Assembly (NCBI GenBank): GCA_017645275.1
Contig: JAGCPH010000037.1
Location: forward strand, 29,783-93,782
Direction of reading: 5' to 3'
Source: Bacteroidales bacterium
GTDB lineage: Bacteria > Bacteroidota > Bacteroidia > Bacteroidales > F082
Length of the DNA: 64,000 bases
This document shows positions 42,866 to 53,331 of this stretch, piece by piece (position 1 is the stretch's first letter; the number at the start of each line of letters is the position of its first letter). Under the pieces are notes generated by a model that had not been told where the DNA came from, searched no databases, and saw only the letters and a list, made by a program, of their open reading frames with translations. The translations under genes were made by a program, and so were the position numbers.

Positions 42866-44221
42866 ATGAAAACATCTTTACGTTTATTGGCAATAATAGT
42901 GTTGACAGGCATTTTCGGCTTCGCCAACGCACAAGGCACACCATGGTACGGCTTTGCCCGCACGAGTATCAACGGAGAAAGCTGGCAAAACAAGTTCATC
43001 ACCTTCACAGCGCAGAATCCTGGTGAGGTGCAAGCTGTCTCCGAGACATTCCCTGAGACTTGGGCAGCCACCTACTATGATGGATACGTGTGGTTTGTCA
43101 CCGTGACAAGAAGTCTGTGCAAGGCACCTTTTAACGAGGAGACCCAGACTATTGGCGCTTACGAGATATTAGTGCAACAATTAGTGCCATATAACCTGAT
43201 TATCGACATGGCATACAATCCTGTTGATGGAATGATGTATTATTTATGTCAAGACAGTCAATATCACTGTAATTTGAAACGCTCAAGTCTTGCCACACCT
43301 GCCGATGTTGAAAATATTGGTGATTTCAGCGTGACCATGTGGACTTTGGCCATCAACAGCCAAGGAGAGGCTTTCGGTGTTGCTTACGAAGAAGGTAATT
43401 TGCACAGAATAAACCTCCAAGATGCCACGACGACAGTGGTAGGAGCCACAGGAAAAGAGGTTTGGTACACCCAGAGTATGGCGTTCGACATGAACACCAA
43501 TGAACTTTATTGGGCGCAGTTTGCCACTGCAAGCGACAATGGGCTGTATCAAGTGAATACCACAACAGGTGCTGCCACCTCGCTCGGCGTTATCGGCAGC
43601 GGCACACAGCTCACGGGCTTGTTTATGGTGTCGGAGCCCACTCCACCGCAACCTCAGATTATCACCGAGATTTACCTTGAAGGTTTCTCAGCCCCTGTAT
43701 GGAACGAGCATCCAGACTATGACATGTATGTGGATGAAAATGAGCCATATAGATTGACCGACCTCGCTTGGCACTATGTGTTGGGAATGTCGGATCCGAC
43801 GGTTGGTCCGGACGAGTATTTCGACGATGAGAACAAAGCCTATTATCTGGCAGCCAAGTTCACTCCAAAAGAAGGTTATCAGATAGACCCTCATCCGACA
43901 GTCTATTTTAATGGTGACAGCTCATTGTTCGACAGTGGCACCACTTTTGGAGACGACTATTGGGCTTTCACCATCGATTTCTATGTGATTGACGACGGTG
44001 TTGCCGAGCAGACAGCGAAAAATATTGCCGTTTGGCCAAATCCAGCCAATGACATGCTCTATTTGAATGTCATGGATGGTGTTGATGTCAGCATCTTCGA
44101 CATGACAGGCCGTATGGTGATGCAGACACGTTATGCAGGCCAGCTCAATGCGAGCACGCTGGCTCCGGGCGTTTATGCCGTTAAAACTGGGAACTACATG
44201 ATGAGATTCATCAAAAAATAA
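42866..44221 (+). CDS. T9SS-secreted protein of unknown function
   Basis: Signal peptide MKTSLRLLAIIVLTGIFGFANAQ. C-terminal CTD is VWPNPANDMLYLNV...GVYAVKTGNYMMRFIKK. Confidence 0.7.
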   Translation: MKTSLRLLAIIVLTGIFGFANAQGTPWYGFARTSINGESWQNKFITFTAQNPGEVQAVSETFPETWAATYYDGYVWFVTVTRSLCKAPFNEETQTIGAYEILVQQLVPYNLIIDMAYNPVDGMMYYLCQDSQYHCNLKRSSLATPADVENIGDFSVTMWTLAINSQGEAFGVAYEEGNLHRINLQDATTTVVGATGKEVWYTQSMAFDMNTNELYWAQFATASDNGLYQVNTTTGAATSLGVIGSGTQLTGLFMVSEPTPPQPQIITEIYLEGFSAPVWNEHPDYDMYVDENEPYRLTDLAWHYVLGMSDPTVGPDEYFDDENKAYYLAAKFTPKEGYQIDPHPTVYFNGDSSLFDSGTTFGDDYWAFTIDFYVIDDGVAEQTAKNIAVWPNPANDMLYLNVMDGVDVSIFDMTGRMVMQTRYAGQLNASTLAPGVYAVKTGNYMMRFIKK

Positions 44222-44226
44222 TTTTT

Positions 44227-46812
44227 ATGAAAAAAATCATAAGACAATTCATGGCGTTCATGCTGGTCGTAGCTTTGGCTATACCGGCATGGGCTGTGTT
44301 CAACGAAAGTGATATCGCGAAGACGCTGAGCATCCTCCGTTCGGAGTTGCATCAGGAATATGTCAAGTTGGAAAGCAGGCAGAACTGGATAAAGCAGCGC
44401 AACGAGATGCAACACCAGGAACTCGTCAATATGACAAAACGCTGCAATGAACTGGCGTTGATGCTATATTCGCAAAGCCAGGACTACACTTTCGACATGA
44501 CCTACGCCCTCGACGAGGTGACGCGCGAGTACGACAACTACCACAGCCAACGTCGCCCGTTCGACGAGATTTTGGCGAATCTCAACATGGAGATAGAACG
44601 CTGCGAGCACTTGGCTGAATCGCTACGCCGACTGCCGCCTATGCTCGACAAGATTGATGGCCTCCCCGACAGTCTGTCGTCGGTGATGGACGCTCTGTTG
44701 TTGAGCGGAAACATCTTGCATTACGACGAGGACTCCCCATTTTTCCTTGACGAACAGGGACAGATAGACCGTGACTCATGTCTTTACTACACCCTCACGT
44801 TGCTTGACATGTACAAAGACGCGCGTGAAAAGGTGACACAAGACGGCGAGCACTACAAACTGATGAGCATACGTCTCGACGAGAGCTACAACTACGCCGT
44901 AAAACGCTATCGTCTCATCCAGAAACACATCTTCATCGACGGTCAGGATAACTACTTCAAGGTGTTGAAATCGTTCACGCGTTATAAGAAGAGAGCTGTC
45001 CACGACGCAGCCATGAAATACGGCATTGGCGATACCACCACCGATTCGGAAGCCTTACGGCAGAGCGACTGGCGTGGAGCCAAGGTGTCAGGATTCATTG
45101 TGATAATCTTGGTTTATATAGGCATCGCAACTTTGTTGAGCAGTCTTATCATGCGTGTTCTGAATAAGAGATCGCTTCGATTCAGGACCGTAGCATCGCA
45201 GGATCGCAGCCATCTTATCAGCCTGTTCGGCGGTGTGATAATCTTCATTTTGTCGGTGATGATTGCATCAGCTTTCACCTCATCGAATTTCTTTAAAGTG
45301 GCGTCAGGACTGCTGTTGACATACGCATGGCTGGTGGCTTCCATCTTATTGTCGTTGCTCATACGCATCCCGTCGGCGACGATTAGAAAGGTATGGCAGC
45401 TCTACCTCCCGATGATTGTGCTCAGCTTGATAGTGATCACTTTCAGAATCATCTTCATCCCGAACAAGCTTGTAAACCTGATATTCCCGCCAATCGTCCT
45501 GATATGCACTATCTGGCAGCTCTTGTTATGCAGAAAAGTCAACCGCATCAAGGAGGCGCGTCATGACATGACATACAGCTGGGTTACTCTCGGCATTATG
45601 ATTGTCGGCACGATAATCATCTGGTCGGGCTATGTGCTGCTTGGCATTCAGGTATTCATATGGTGGCTCTTCCAGCTCGCCGCCATCGAGACGATAACGG
45701 CATTGTACATCCTGCTTGACCGTTATGACGAGAAGAAGATGAAACTATACAAGTTGGAATACCAAAAAGACCATACCATATACGAGCCAGAGCGCAAAGA
45801 CGCTTACATCGCCGTGACCTGGCGCTTCGACTTTATCAAACAGGTGGCGTTGCCGGTGCTCGCTATTATCACCATCCCGATGTGTTTGTTCTACGCCGGC
45901 GATGTGTTTGATTTGGGAGAGATCAGCAAGGATATCTTCACGAGGTCGTTCTTCAACCTTGTCGACGACGACGGAAGTGCCATCTTGAATTTCTCGCTGT
46001 ACAACATCACGCTTGTGGCTGTCATGGTGTTCTTTTTCCGTTATCTCAGTTACATTTCGAAAGCTTTGTACCGCAAAGTCAAGTTTGATAATTTGGCGCA
46101 CAAGCAGGGTAAGACACATTTCCAGGCCAATGAGATCAACTTCACTTTGGCCGACAACGTGATTGGCATCTTGGTTTGGGGCAGTTTCATCGTCATTACG
46201 GTGGTGGTGCTGAAGATCCCGATTGGGGCATTATCCATCGTGGCAGCAGGTCTTGCCACCGGTATCGGTTTGGCTATGAAGGATATCCTCAACAACTTCA
46301 TCTACGGCATCCAGCTCATGGGCGGGCGTCTGCGCGTGGGCGACTACATCGAATGTGACGGCGTCCGCGGTAAGGTGACAGCCATCAGCTATCAGACCAC
46401 ACAGATTCAGACATTGGAAGACACTGTCATCGCGTTCACCAATACCACTTTGTTCAACAAGAACTTCAAGAATCTAACCCGTAACGGCGACTACGAATTC
46501 TTAAAGCTTGTGGTAGGTATAAAATACGGTACCGATGTAGATATGGTACGCGGACTGCTTAACGAGGCCACTAAAAAGCTGATGACGAAAGACAGTTACA
46601 ACCGTCCGATAGTCGACCCCAAACGCGGCATCAACGTGTTTTTCGAGAGTTTTGGCGACAGCAGTGTCAACATCTGCCTCAAGCAATACGTCTTGGTGGA
46701 AGAGCGTGCCCCGTATATCGCACGTGCGCAAGAGCTCGTCTACAACACGCTCAACGAGCACAACATCGAGATTCCGTTCCCGCAAAGAGACGTGTGGATC
46801 AAGCAGGGATAA
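44227..46812 (+). CDS. large mechanosensitive ion channel (MscS family, MscK-like)
   Basis: 861 aa. N-terminal coiled coil, ~10 TM segments, and MscS core GDYIECDGVRGKVTAISYQTTQIQTLEDTVIAFTN. Confidence 0.85.
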   Translation: MKKIIRQFMAFMLVVALAIPAWAVFNESDIAKTLSILRSELHQEYVKLESRQNWIKQRNEMQHQELVNMTKRCNELALMLYSQSQDYTFDMTYALDEVTREYDNYHSQRRPFDEILANLNMEIERCEHLAESLRRLPPMLDKIDGLPDSLSSVMDALLLSGNILHYDEDSPFFLDEQGQIDRDSCLYYTLTLLDMYKDAREKVTQDGEHYKLMSIRLDESYNYAVKRYRLIQKHIFIDGQDNYFKVLKSFTRYKKRAVHDAAMKYGIGDTTTDSEALRQSDWRGAKVSGFIVIILVYIGIATLLSSLIMRVLNKRSLRFRTVASQDRSHLISLFGGVIIFILSVMIASAFTSSNFFKVASGLLLTYAWLVASILLSLLIRIPSATIRKVWQLYLPMIVLSLIVITFRIIFIPNKLVNLIFPPIVLICTIWQLLLCRKVNRIKEARHDMTYSWVTLGIMIVGTIIIWSGYVLLGIQVFIWWLFQLAAIETITALYILLDRYDEKKMKLYKLEYQKDHTIYEPERKDAYIAVTWRFDFIKQVALPVLAIITIPMCLFYAGDVFDLGEISKDIFTRSFFNLVDDDGSAILNFSLYNITLVAVMVFFFRYLSYISKALYRKVKFDNLAHKQGKTHFQANEINFTLADNVIGILVWGSFIVITVVVLKIPIGALSIVAAGLATGIGLAMKDILNNFIYGIQLMGGRLRVGDYIECDGVRGKVTAISYQTTQIQTLEDTVIAFTNTTLFNKNFKNLTRNGDYEFLKLVVGIKYGTDVDMVRGLLNEATKKLMTKDSYNRPIVDPKRGINVFFESFGDSSVNICLKQYVLVEERAPYIARAQELVYNTLNEHNIEIPFPQRDVWIKQG

Positions 46813-46892
46813 AACCTTGGAATCATCAAATTTTATGATAAAAACGGTTTAAATCACAACAAATGGTGATGATGGGATAATATTTATGATTC

Positions 46893-46900
46893 TAATTTTG
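46893..46900 (+). promoter_or_regulatory. -7 box TAatTTTG (plus strand)
   Basis: taattttg, 55 nt upstream of the ATG at 46955. Confidence 0.45.
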
Positions 46901-46954
46901 CAGTCGGAAAATTAACCTGATTGTAAAATTAGTCAAATCATAAATTATTAAACC

Positions 46955-47733
46955 ATGAAATCGCATAAAATTAACCAGTTTTTTGGAAGGTATGCGGCCT
47001 TCCTCCTGAGATGGCGCTGGGCCGCCATTGCCTTGTTTGCAGTAATCCTGATAGTGTCGTTTATTGGGATGTCGAAGATGGTGCAGCAGACCTCGTTCGA
47101 CGACTATTTCATCGAAGGCGACCCTATGTTGGTGAAAACCAATGAGTTCAAAGAGAACTTCGGTAACGACTACTTCATTGGCATTCTTACGGAATGCGAC
47201 AACCATTTCACAAAAGAAAGCCTCACTTTGATGCGTGAGCTTGGCGAGGAGCTGCTCGACTCGCTTTCGTACGGCGACAAGATAACCTCGCTGGTTGACC
47301 TTGAGTTTATGCTGGGTTCGGAGGACGGCATGGAGATTGTACAAATCGTGCCTGATGAGATTCCAGAGACCGGGTCGCCAGAGATGGAGCAGATCCGGTC
47401 TCTTGCTTATAGCACAAGCCCCATGTTGCGCGCAAACTCATCTCAAAAGACGGCAAAAACGCTTGGATTTTGGTGAAACTGCGTGCCTTCCCTTCGGAAG
47501 ACGAGTGGAAGCAGACCAGCAACATATCGCCCGACATCGTGATGCTCATCATGACACGTTCGCTGCGAGGCATCATCTGTCCGCTTTTGGCAGTGATAGG
47601 TGGCGTGGTGATAACCTTCGGCGTGGTGGCATTCTCATGTTTTTGGTCAATCCTCGAGCTCTTCCAGCAGCGCAAACGCGTTGACAGGGGCTGGTTTCCC
47701 AAAGGCCCGGGGCATAGTAAAGAAGAACGGTGA
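46955..47733 (+). pseudogene. remnant of an MMPL/RND-type transporter gene (frameshifted and internally deleted)
   Basis: The N-terminal TM and periplasmic-loop start is intact (FFGRYAAFLLRWRWAAIALFAVILIVSFIG...DYFIEGDPML). The frame shifts near the C4 run at ~47419-47422 into ...KLISKDGKNAWILVKLRAFPSEDEWK. It then jumps to one TM-like piece (SLRGIICPLLAVIGGVVITFG) and stops. Total ~260 codons versus the ~800 expected. Confidence 0.7.
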
Positions 47734-47741
47734 TATCAATA

Positions 47742-48365
47742 TTATTTCAGCATCGCCTCGATGTCGTTTTCCATTTCCTCAGGCTTTGCTGTAGGTGGGA
47801 AACGCTTGATTTCGGTGCCGTCTTTCGAGATTAAGAATTTGGTGAAGTTCCAGCGGATTTCGCCTTCTTTGCGGCCTTCAGAGCGGCTGAGGCTGTCGAC
47901 GAGAGCCATCGTGGCTTTGTCTTTGAAGCCGTGGACCTCTTCAGTAGGCACTTGCTCAGTCAGATATTTGAAGATTGGGTGAGCGTTCACACCGAACACC
48001 TCCACTTTCTTCATCAGCGGGAACGTGACGCCGTGGTTGATGCGGCAGAACTCGGCAATCTCCTCGTCGGTGCCCGGCTCCTGGTGTTTGAACTGGTCGC
48101 AAGGGAAGCCTAAGATGACGAATCCCTGGTCTTTGTATTTCTGATAAAGGGCTTCCAAGCCGTCGTATTGTGGGGTGAATCCGCATTTCGAGGCGGTGTT
48201 GACAATCATCAGGACGTCGCCTTTGTATTGCGACATTTCCACCTCTTCGCCTTTGTTGTTCAAGGCCTTAAAGTCATAAATCGTTGCCATTTTCTTGTTG
48301 TTTTGGGTACATGCCGCAAGGATAACCAGTAATCCGACGACGATGCATGTTAATAATTTTTTCAT
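47742..48365 (-). CDS. glutathione peroxidase-family lipoprotein
   Basis: Lipobox LVILAACT. Active site NTASKCGFTPQY. WNFTKFLI. Confidence 0.85.
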   Translation of the reverse strand: MKKLLTCIVVGLLVILAACTQNNKKMATIYDFKALNNKGEEVEMSQYKGDVLMIVNTASKCGFTPQYDGLEALYQKYKDQGFVILGFPCDQFKHQEPGTDEEIAEFCRINHGVTFPLMKKVEVFGVNAHPIFKYLTEQVPTEEVHGFKDKATMALVDSLSRSEGRKEGEIRWNFTKFLISKDGTEIKRFPPTAKPEEMENDIEAMLK

Positions 48366-48384
48366 ATTTAAATAATTACAATTG

Positions 48385-48392
48385 CAAAAATA
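48385..48392 (-). promoter_or_regulatory. -7 box TAttTTTG (minus strand)
   Basis: Forward caaaaata, 20 nt upstream of the ATG at 48365. Confidence 0.5.
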
Positions 48393-48420
48393 ATAAAAAT
48401 ATTGATATAATAATAAAAAT

Positions 48421-51400
48421 TTAGAATGGATAGCCGATACTGAAATTTAAACGCAGGCCATCAAGGACTGAAGGCATATTGTAATAGGTATTGATCGGCT
48501 TAGTAAGGTCAGGCTTGAGCTCCTTGTCATATTTGTATGTCTGGTAAGGTGCGTGGATGCCGACGCCCAAGTCAAGGCGGATAACGAGTCCGTCGATGTC
48601 GAGGCGGAGTCCGAAACCAGTACCCAAGGCTATCTGCTTCGCGATATACGGATTATCAATAATTCCGTCATATATTTCCTCAGTAAACTCCATAATCTCG
48701 CAATATGCCTCATAATCTTCGCTACTGAGATAATCAAAAGTGTTTTCCCAGTTCCATACGTTGCCAGCATCGACGAAAACGGCACCATTGAGCTTCCAAA
48801 CGAGTGGGAAGCGCACTTCAAAGTTGGCTTCGAGTTTGATATCACCGGCATGGAAGAAATTCTGGTTGAATCTGAGGCTATGAAAATTACCAGGTCCGTA
48901 GGCGTATGGTTCGGCTGCTCGCAAGCTGTTAGGACCGCCGGTATAGAATGATTCGGAAAGCGGCGCATACTCGGAGTTGCCCAGCGCTATATTGGAGCCT
49001 GCAAAAAGTCGCGTTGCGATACATGTCCGCTCCGTAAAGTTGAACTTGTTCCACAACTCTATCGACAACCTGACGAACTGGTTGAAAGGGACACCGACGA
49101 GTGGTTTGTCCAACTCATCCCACGAGTATCCGAAGAGGCAATAGGTGGCGTCTATCAGATTGCCTGCTTCTTTAATATCAAATTCAATCATGGTGTTGAC
49201 CGCCCGTTTGAAACGGTAGTCACTATAGGTGATTCCGTAGCCGACAGAAGGAACAAACTCGTTTCCGGCAAGCACTTTTAGGATCTCAGGATGGCTAGCC
49301 GCAGCTTCGATCAACCTTTGCGATTCGGCTTTCACTCTGATCACAGAAAGCGAGAAAGGTGTTAATACATGTGTAAAATAAGGAGACGTACGGATAAAAT
49401 ACGAGAAGGATCCATAGAACTTGTTAACACCATATCCACCGGCAATGTTCTCGTACTTGTATCCTAGTCGGTAACGGGTGTCGCCTTCAAGGTTTTTGCC
49501 TTTTCCAAAGTGCAGATATGGGAAAATGAGTGCGGCATCAATACCGAATTTGTAGGTGTCGGTTATTCTCGGATCTCCTGGCTGTCGGTCTTTCAGCGCC
49601 CAATAGTACGCCCCATAGCCCTTGATTGAGAATGTCTCCCCGTGTCCCCAGAGGTTATTTGTCAAATGGCCAAGGGTGAGGTTCGGGCCGAGACTGTGAT
49701 TGGAACGATAGGTGATGTCCGCATCCGCCAGCAATTTATATGTGCGCATGATGGTATCGCCCAAAGACGACATGTATTTTTTACGCTTCCATTGTTTTTT
49801 AGACCCCACACCGATGCCTGACTTGTTAAGTTCACCTTCTAAGATGTTTTCATAATCGCGCTGTGAGAACGCACGTAAGAAAACATTTCCTGATTTGGTG
49901 AGTTTATAGTCCGCGGATATAAGACTGAGCAAGCCGTTGGCTTTGTTGACCTCGGGGTTGTCGGTGATGGTGGAGCCTACGGTGACGGTCAGTTTTTCAC
50001 TGAACAGAGCTTTGCTGATGGTGATGTTCATGTCACTGGTTTTGCCAGACTCATGTACTGTTTCTCCGCTACTGATATCCACATCCACGATATTTCCTAT
50101 CTTGGAATTCGCCATAGCTGCATTGATACGGCTGTTGAAGATGCTGGACAGTGCATATCCGTCTTTCTGTGCTGCCACGTTGCTTTCGCCAACATACATA
50201 CCGGTAGCCAGCAATGCTGCCGCTATACCTTCGCGGGTGTCTTCATCCATTGAGGCGAGTTCACGCGTGATGGTCTCGTCATTTGGTGCTTCGATATAAA
50301 AGCCTACAGTGCCAATGCCTATCGAATCGAGCACACCATCCACACGCACGCCAGTGTTGAAAACCACACGACGCATCTCTTCGCCCTCCGATTGCACATC
50401 AGCTTTCACCTGTTGCGAAGCGGAGAGGTGCATAAATGTCTGGCCTATTGGACCGTTGAAGGCGACATAGCTTCCTGGATCCACTTTGAAAGGTATCATT
50501 GGATATAACTTGGGCGAATAGCGAACCACTCCTTCGTCCACATTGACCCTTCCACCTAAGTTAAGTTCCCCGTCGGCGGTGTTAAATTGTACGTTGACCG
50601 TGCCGTTTGGTTTGACTTGCGCCAGATTCTTTTTATCTATCGGATAGGTTAAGTCGGTAGTAGGAAGGATTGTGACATCCACGTCGGCATGGATACTATC
50701 CAGCGGCCCCGTCACTCGTCCACGGATATCGGTTGCCAGGTCACCATAGATAGGGAAAGTGCCATTTTGCTCAAGTTTTATCGGAGAGAAACTATCGGCA
50801 GTCAAACCGACATCCAGACGCATTGAGTTGAGATCCAATCCACCATTCAGAGCCAGATAGGAACTATCGACGCTATAGATACGCACATCGTTCAATTTCA
50901 CATTATTATGCTCCATCACGATAGGCGTTTCCCCCAGATTAAACTTAATATCGTATGGTTTGTATAAGGCGCTTATATTTTTAGGCAGCACTTCGGCGGA
51001 GATGTCAAATTGATCAGGCATGCCATCTACGGTAGCCTTAGCCCGCACGAAACCATCCAAGTCGATGTCATCCATTTGAATAATGCTGCTTACCAGCTCA
51101 AGCGGGATGTCGTTCAAGCGCACATCTGCCTGGAAGGCGTTCTCATATTGTTTCGATGGTGAAATCAGGATGTCTGCCGTTCGGTTTCCGAGTTTCATTC
51201 CATCATACACGAGGCTGTCCAACGCAAGATGTCCAGTGCCGCTCAGCTCTCTCCCATTCCGTTCCAAGTCAAGTTTTAGCGCGGCATCGGTGCTGAGGTT
51301 ATTTACATCCATAACGCCATCGTTAATGCTGGTCTTGGTCGTGAGCGAGGCGGTGGTCTTGCCTTCCGTCATGTTGATCCGCAACGTGGCCTTAGCTTCA

Positions 51401-53229
51401 GGCAGATGCATTCCCGTACTGTCTTCGTCCAAATGGTTAATATACGGAATGGAAGCATCAAGGGCCAAGTCGGATTGGATAGAATCGGACTTCAGCAACA
51501 GCGTCATCTCATCAATATCCAGCCCCATACCCTCTATGATACCTTGGACTGGGCTGCCTTTCGCCAACTCTATTTCCGCCTGTATGGCTGGAATAAGCCG
51601 TCGGAGAGTGTCCAACATAGTCAAATCTTGTAACGAGACGATGGACTGCACAAAGGTTGAGTCTGTTACGACACCCAACATGGGCTGAACCTCGTCCACC
51701 AGTCTGAGCACATGCATCGGACTTTGTGCCCCGATGGTAAGTCCTTGTGTGACAAGATTAAACAATGTGGCGGTATCTGTAGTGAAGTCAAGGTGCAGGG
51801 AGTCGACATTAAAATCTTCGCCTGCCACGTGTGCAACAATATTCTTCATCTGCGTGTGGTAGTCCACGTTCATCTGCTCCGGTGTAAAGAAATCAGATAC
51901 CAGGAAATGATGCTCCGTCTCCGCCTTAATCCGCATGACACTGTCAGTCATCGTAACTGGCAAATGCAGTGTGCCGGCCACTGTTTTATTGGCCATCTCG
52001 GCATCAAGCATAAGGCCTGACACATTAATGCTGTCATAGATACAATCGGTCAGGTTCATGGCCAGTTTGCATTTCATCGCTGGTGAATAAGGGTCTATTC
52101 CTGTGCCTTGCGCATGTATTTCGCCTGCCAATTCCACGTGGTGACTGTCTTGTAGAAATGGGCTTATGTCAACTTTCTCAACATCCACCAACATGTCATA
52201 CGCCTCATCATCAATATCATAGAATCCTCCCAAGTTGATTTTACTACCATGATATTCCGCATTGCCTGCCAGGTCCACACGCATCGTCTCCATATCTAGC
52301 TTCGTGGCCATCAGGTCCACTTCCGCCCCTAATGAGTCGGAGCGCACGTGTAATCCATTAGAATTAATCAAATTGGTGCTCAAATCCACCAGCGCATCTC
52401 CATAGATTGTGTCAAATGGCAAGTACAATGATTCCAGCGTAAACGAGGCATTTCCAATATTCAGGCGGCGTGCATTATAGAGGTCGTTTTCCACGTCCGC
52501 CAACACATTCGTGGACAAAGAGCCAACACGTAAATCCAGATCCATCGGGTTGAGCACAAACCTTATATTGTTCAATTCACCGTCAGCCACCTCTATGACC
52601 ATTGGGCTAGAGGTTGAGATTGTGTCCTCGGTAACGGTGTCGCTGTCGCGCAGCTCAACGCACACAAACGCATCCGCCAACTTCAAGTCATGCAACGGGT
52701 ACTGTCCTTCCGTAATGTTGAGTCCCGGACTCTTAACATCCAGATGCCCTACGATAGCGTCGATGCCTATTCCGTCTATCAGCGTGTCGGAGTGTACCGT
52801 CCCTTGGTCCAGCAGCAGTTGGTCCACTAGGATTGTACGGGCCATAAAGTCGTCTTTCGGCTCATCATCTCCAGGTTTTTTCATACAGCCTCGCAAATGT
52901 AAGCCCCGCAGGTAGAGCATCGTGTCCTGATTGCGACGACCAATATAGAGACTGTCTATTTCTATGTGTATAGGCAGATCTTCTTCGCCCTTGTATGCGC
53001 GATAGAGAACCATAGGAGAATGATGGAAAGGAGAAAGATACAGCCGTCCCAGATTCACATCCAGGTCGGTTCGCTGGTTGATTTCCGCCACGCATCTTTG
53101 CAAGACAGCGGTGCGGGCTCCAGGTGTCACCAGAATGACCGTCACGGCAACCAGCAGTAACAGCACTATTCCCACGATGACACCCACAACGATGCAAGGT
53201 ATTTTCCAGATCAGCCTCTTCTTACTCAC
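48421..53229 (-). CDS. giant TamB/AsmA-like protein fused to a C-terminal Omp85-type beta-barrel
   Basis: 1602 aa. N-terminal signal-anchor IVVGVIVGIVLLLLVAVTVILV and a long beta-rich repetitive body. DUF490-like stretch LNLGGRVNVDEGVVRYSPKLYPMIPFKVDPGSYVAFNG. The last ~450 aa carry Omp85 features (FYTGGPNSLRA, AVFVDAGNVW, GTGFGLRLD) and a terminal Phe. Confidence 0.7.
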   Translation of the reverse strand: MSKKRLIWKIPCIVVGVIVGIVLLLLVAVTVILVTPGARTAVLQRCVAEINQRTDLDVNLGRLYLSPFHHSPMVLYRAYKGEEDLPIHIEIDSLYIGRRNQDTMLYLRGLHLRGCMKKPGDDEPKDDFMARTILVDQLLLDQGTVHSDTLIDGIGIDAIVGHLDVKSPGLNITEGQYPLHDLKLADAFVCVELRDSDTVTEDTISTSSPMVIEVADGELNNIRFVLNPMDLDLRVGSLSTNVLADVENDLYNARRLNIGNASFTLESLYLPFDTIYGDALVDLSTNLINSNGLHVRSDSLGAEVDLMATKLDMETMRVDLAGNAEYHGSKINLGGFYDIDDEAYDMLVDVEKVDISPFLQDSHHVELAGEIHAQGTGIDPYSPAMKCKLAMNLTDCIYDSINVSGLMLDAEMANKTVAGTLHLPVTMTDSVMRIKAETEHHFLVSDFFTPEQMNVDYHTQMKNIVAHVAGEDFNVDSLHLDFTTDTATLFNLVTQGLTIGAQSPMHVLRLVDEVQPMLGVVTDSTFVQSIVSLQDLTMLDTLRRLIPAIQAEIELAKGSPVQGIIEGMGLDIDEMTLLLKSDSIQSDLALDASIPYINHLDEDSTGMHLPEAKATLRINMTEGKTTASLTTKTSINDGVMDVNNLSTDAALKLDLERNGRELSGTGHLALDSLVYDGMKLGNRTADILISPSKQYENAFQADVRLNDIPLELVSSIIQMDDIDLDGFVRAKATVDGMPDQFDISAEVLPKNISALYKPYDIKFNLGETPIVMEHNNVKLNDVRIYSVDSSYLALNGGLDLNSMRLDVGLTADSFSPIKLEQNGTFPIYGDLATDIRGRVTGPLDSIHADVDVTILPTTDLTYPIDKKNLAQVKPNGTVNVQFNTADGELNLGGRVNVDEGVVRYSPKLYPMIPFKVDPGSYVAFNGPIGQTFMHLSASQQVKADVQSEGEEMRRVVFNTGVRVDGVLDSIGIGTVGFYIEAPNDETITRELASMDEDTREGIAAALLATGMYVGESNVAAQKDGYALSSIFNSRINAAMANSKIGNIVDVDISSGETVHESGKTSDMNITISKALFSEKLTVTVGSTITDNPEVNKANGLLSLISADYKLTKSGNVFLRAFSQRDYENILEGELNKSGIGVGSKKQWKRKKYMSSLGDTIMRTYKLLADADITYRSNHSLGPNLTLGHLTNNLWGHGETFSIKGYGAYYWALKDRQPGDPRITDTYKFGIDAALIFPYLHFGKGKNLEGDTRYRLGYKYENIAGGYGVNKFYGSFSYFIRTSPYFTHVLTPFSLSVIRVKAESQRLIEAAASHPEILKVLAGNEFVPSVGYGITYSDYRFKRAVNTMIEFDIKEAGNLIDATYCLFGYSWDELDKPLVGVPFNQFVRLSIELWNKFNFTERTCIATRLFAGSNIALGNSEYAPLSESFYTGGPNSLRAAEPYAYGPGNFHSLRFNQNFFHAGDIKLEANFEVRFPLVWKLNGAVFVDAGNVWNWENTFDYLSSEDYEAYCEIMEFTEEIYDGIIDNPYIAKQIALGTGFGLRLDIDGLVIRLDLGVGIHAPYQTYKYDKELKPDLTKPINTYYNMPSVLDGLRLNFSIGYPF

Positions 53230-53266
53230 GACTTGTCTTGCTTTTCAGATAAAATAATATTACGTG

Positions 53267-53274
53267 CAAAAATA
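53267..53274 (-). promoter_or_regulatory. -7 box TAttTTTG (minus strand)
   Basis: Forward caaaaata, 38 nt upstream of the ATG at 53229. Confidence 0.5.
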
Positions 53275-53331
53275 CACAACATTTCTGAACTTGCGACAAG
53301 TTATAGAGAAATGTTTGGAAAAGAGCTGATT

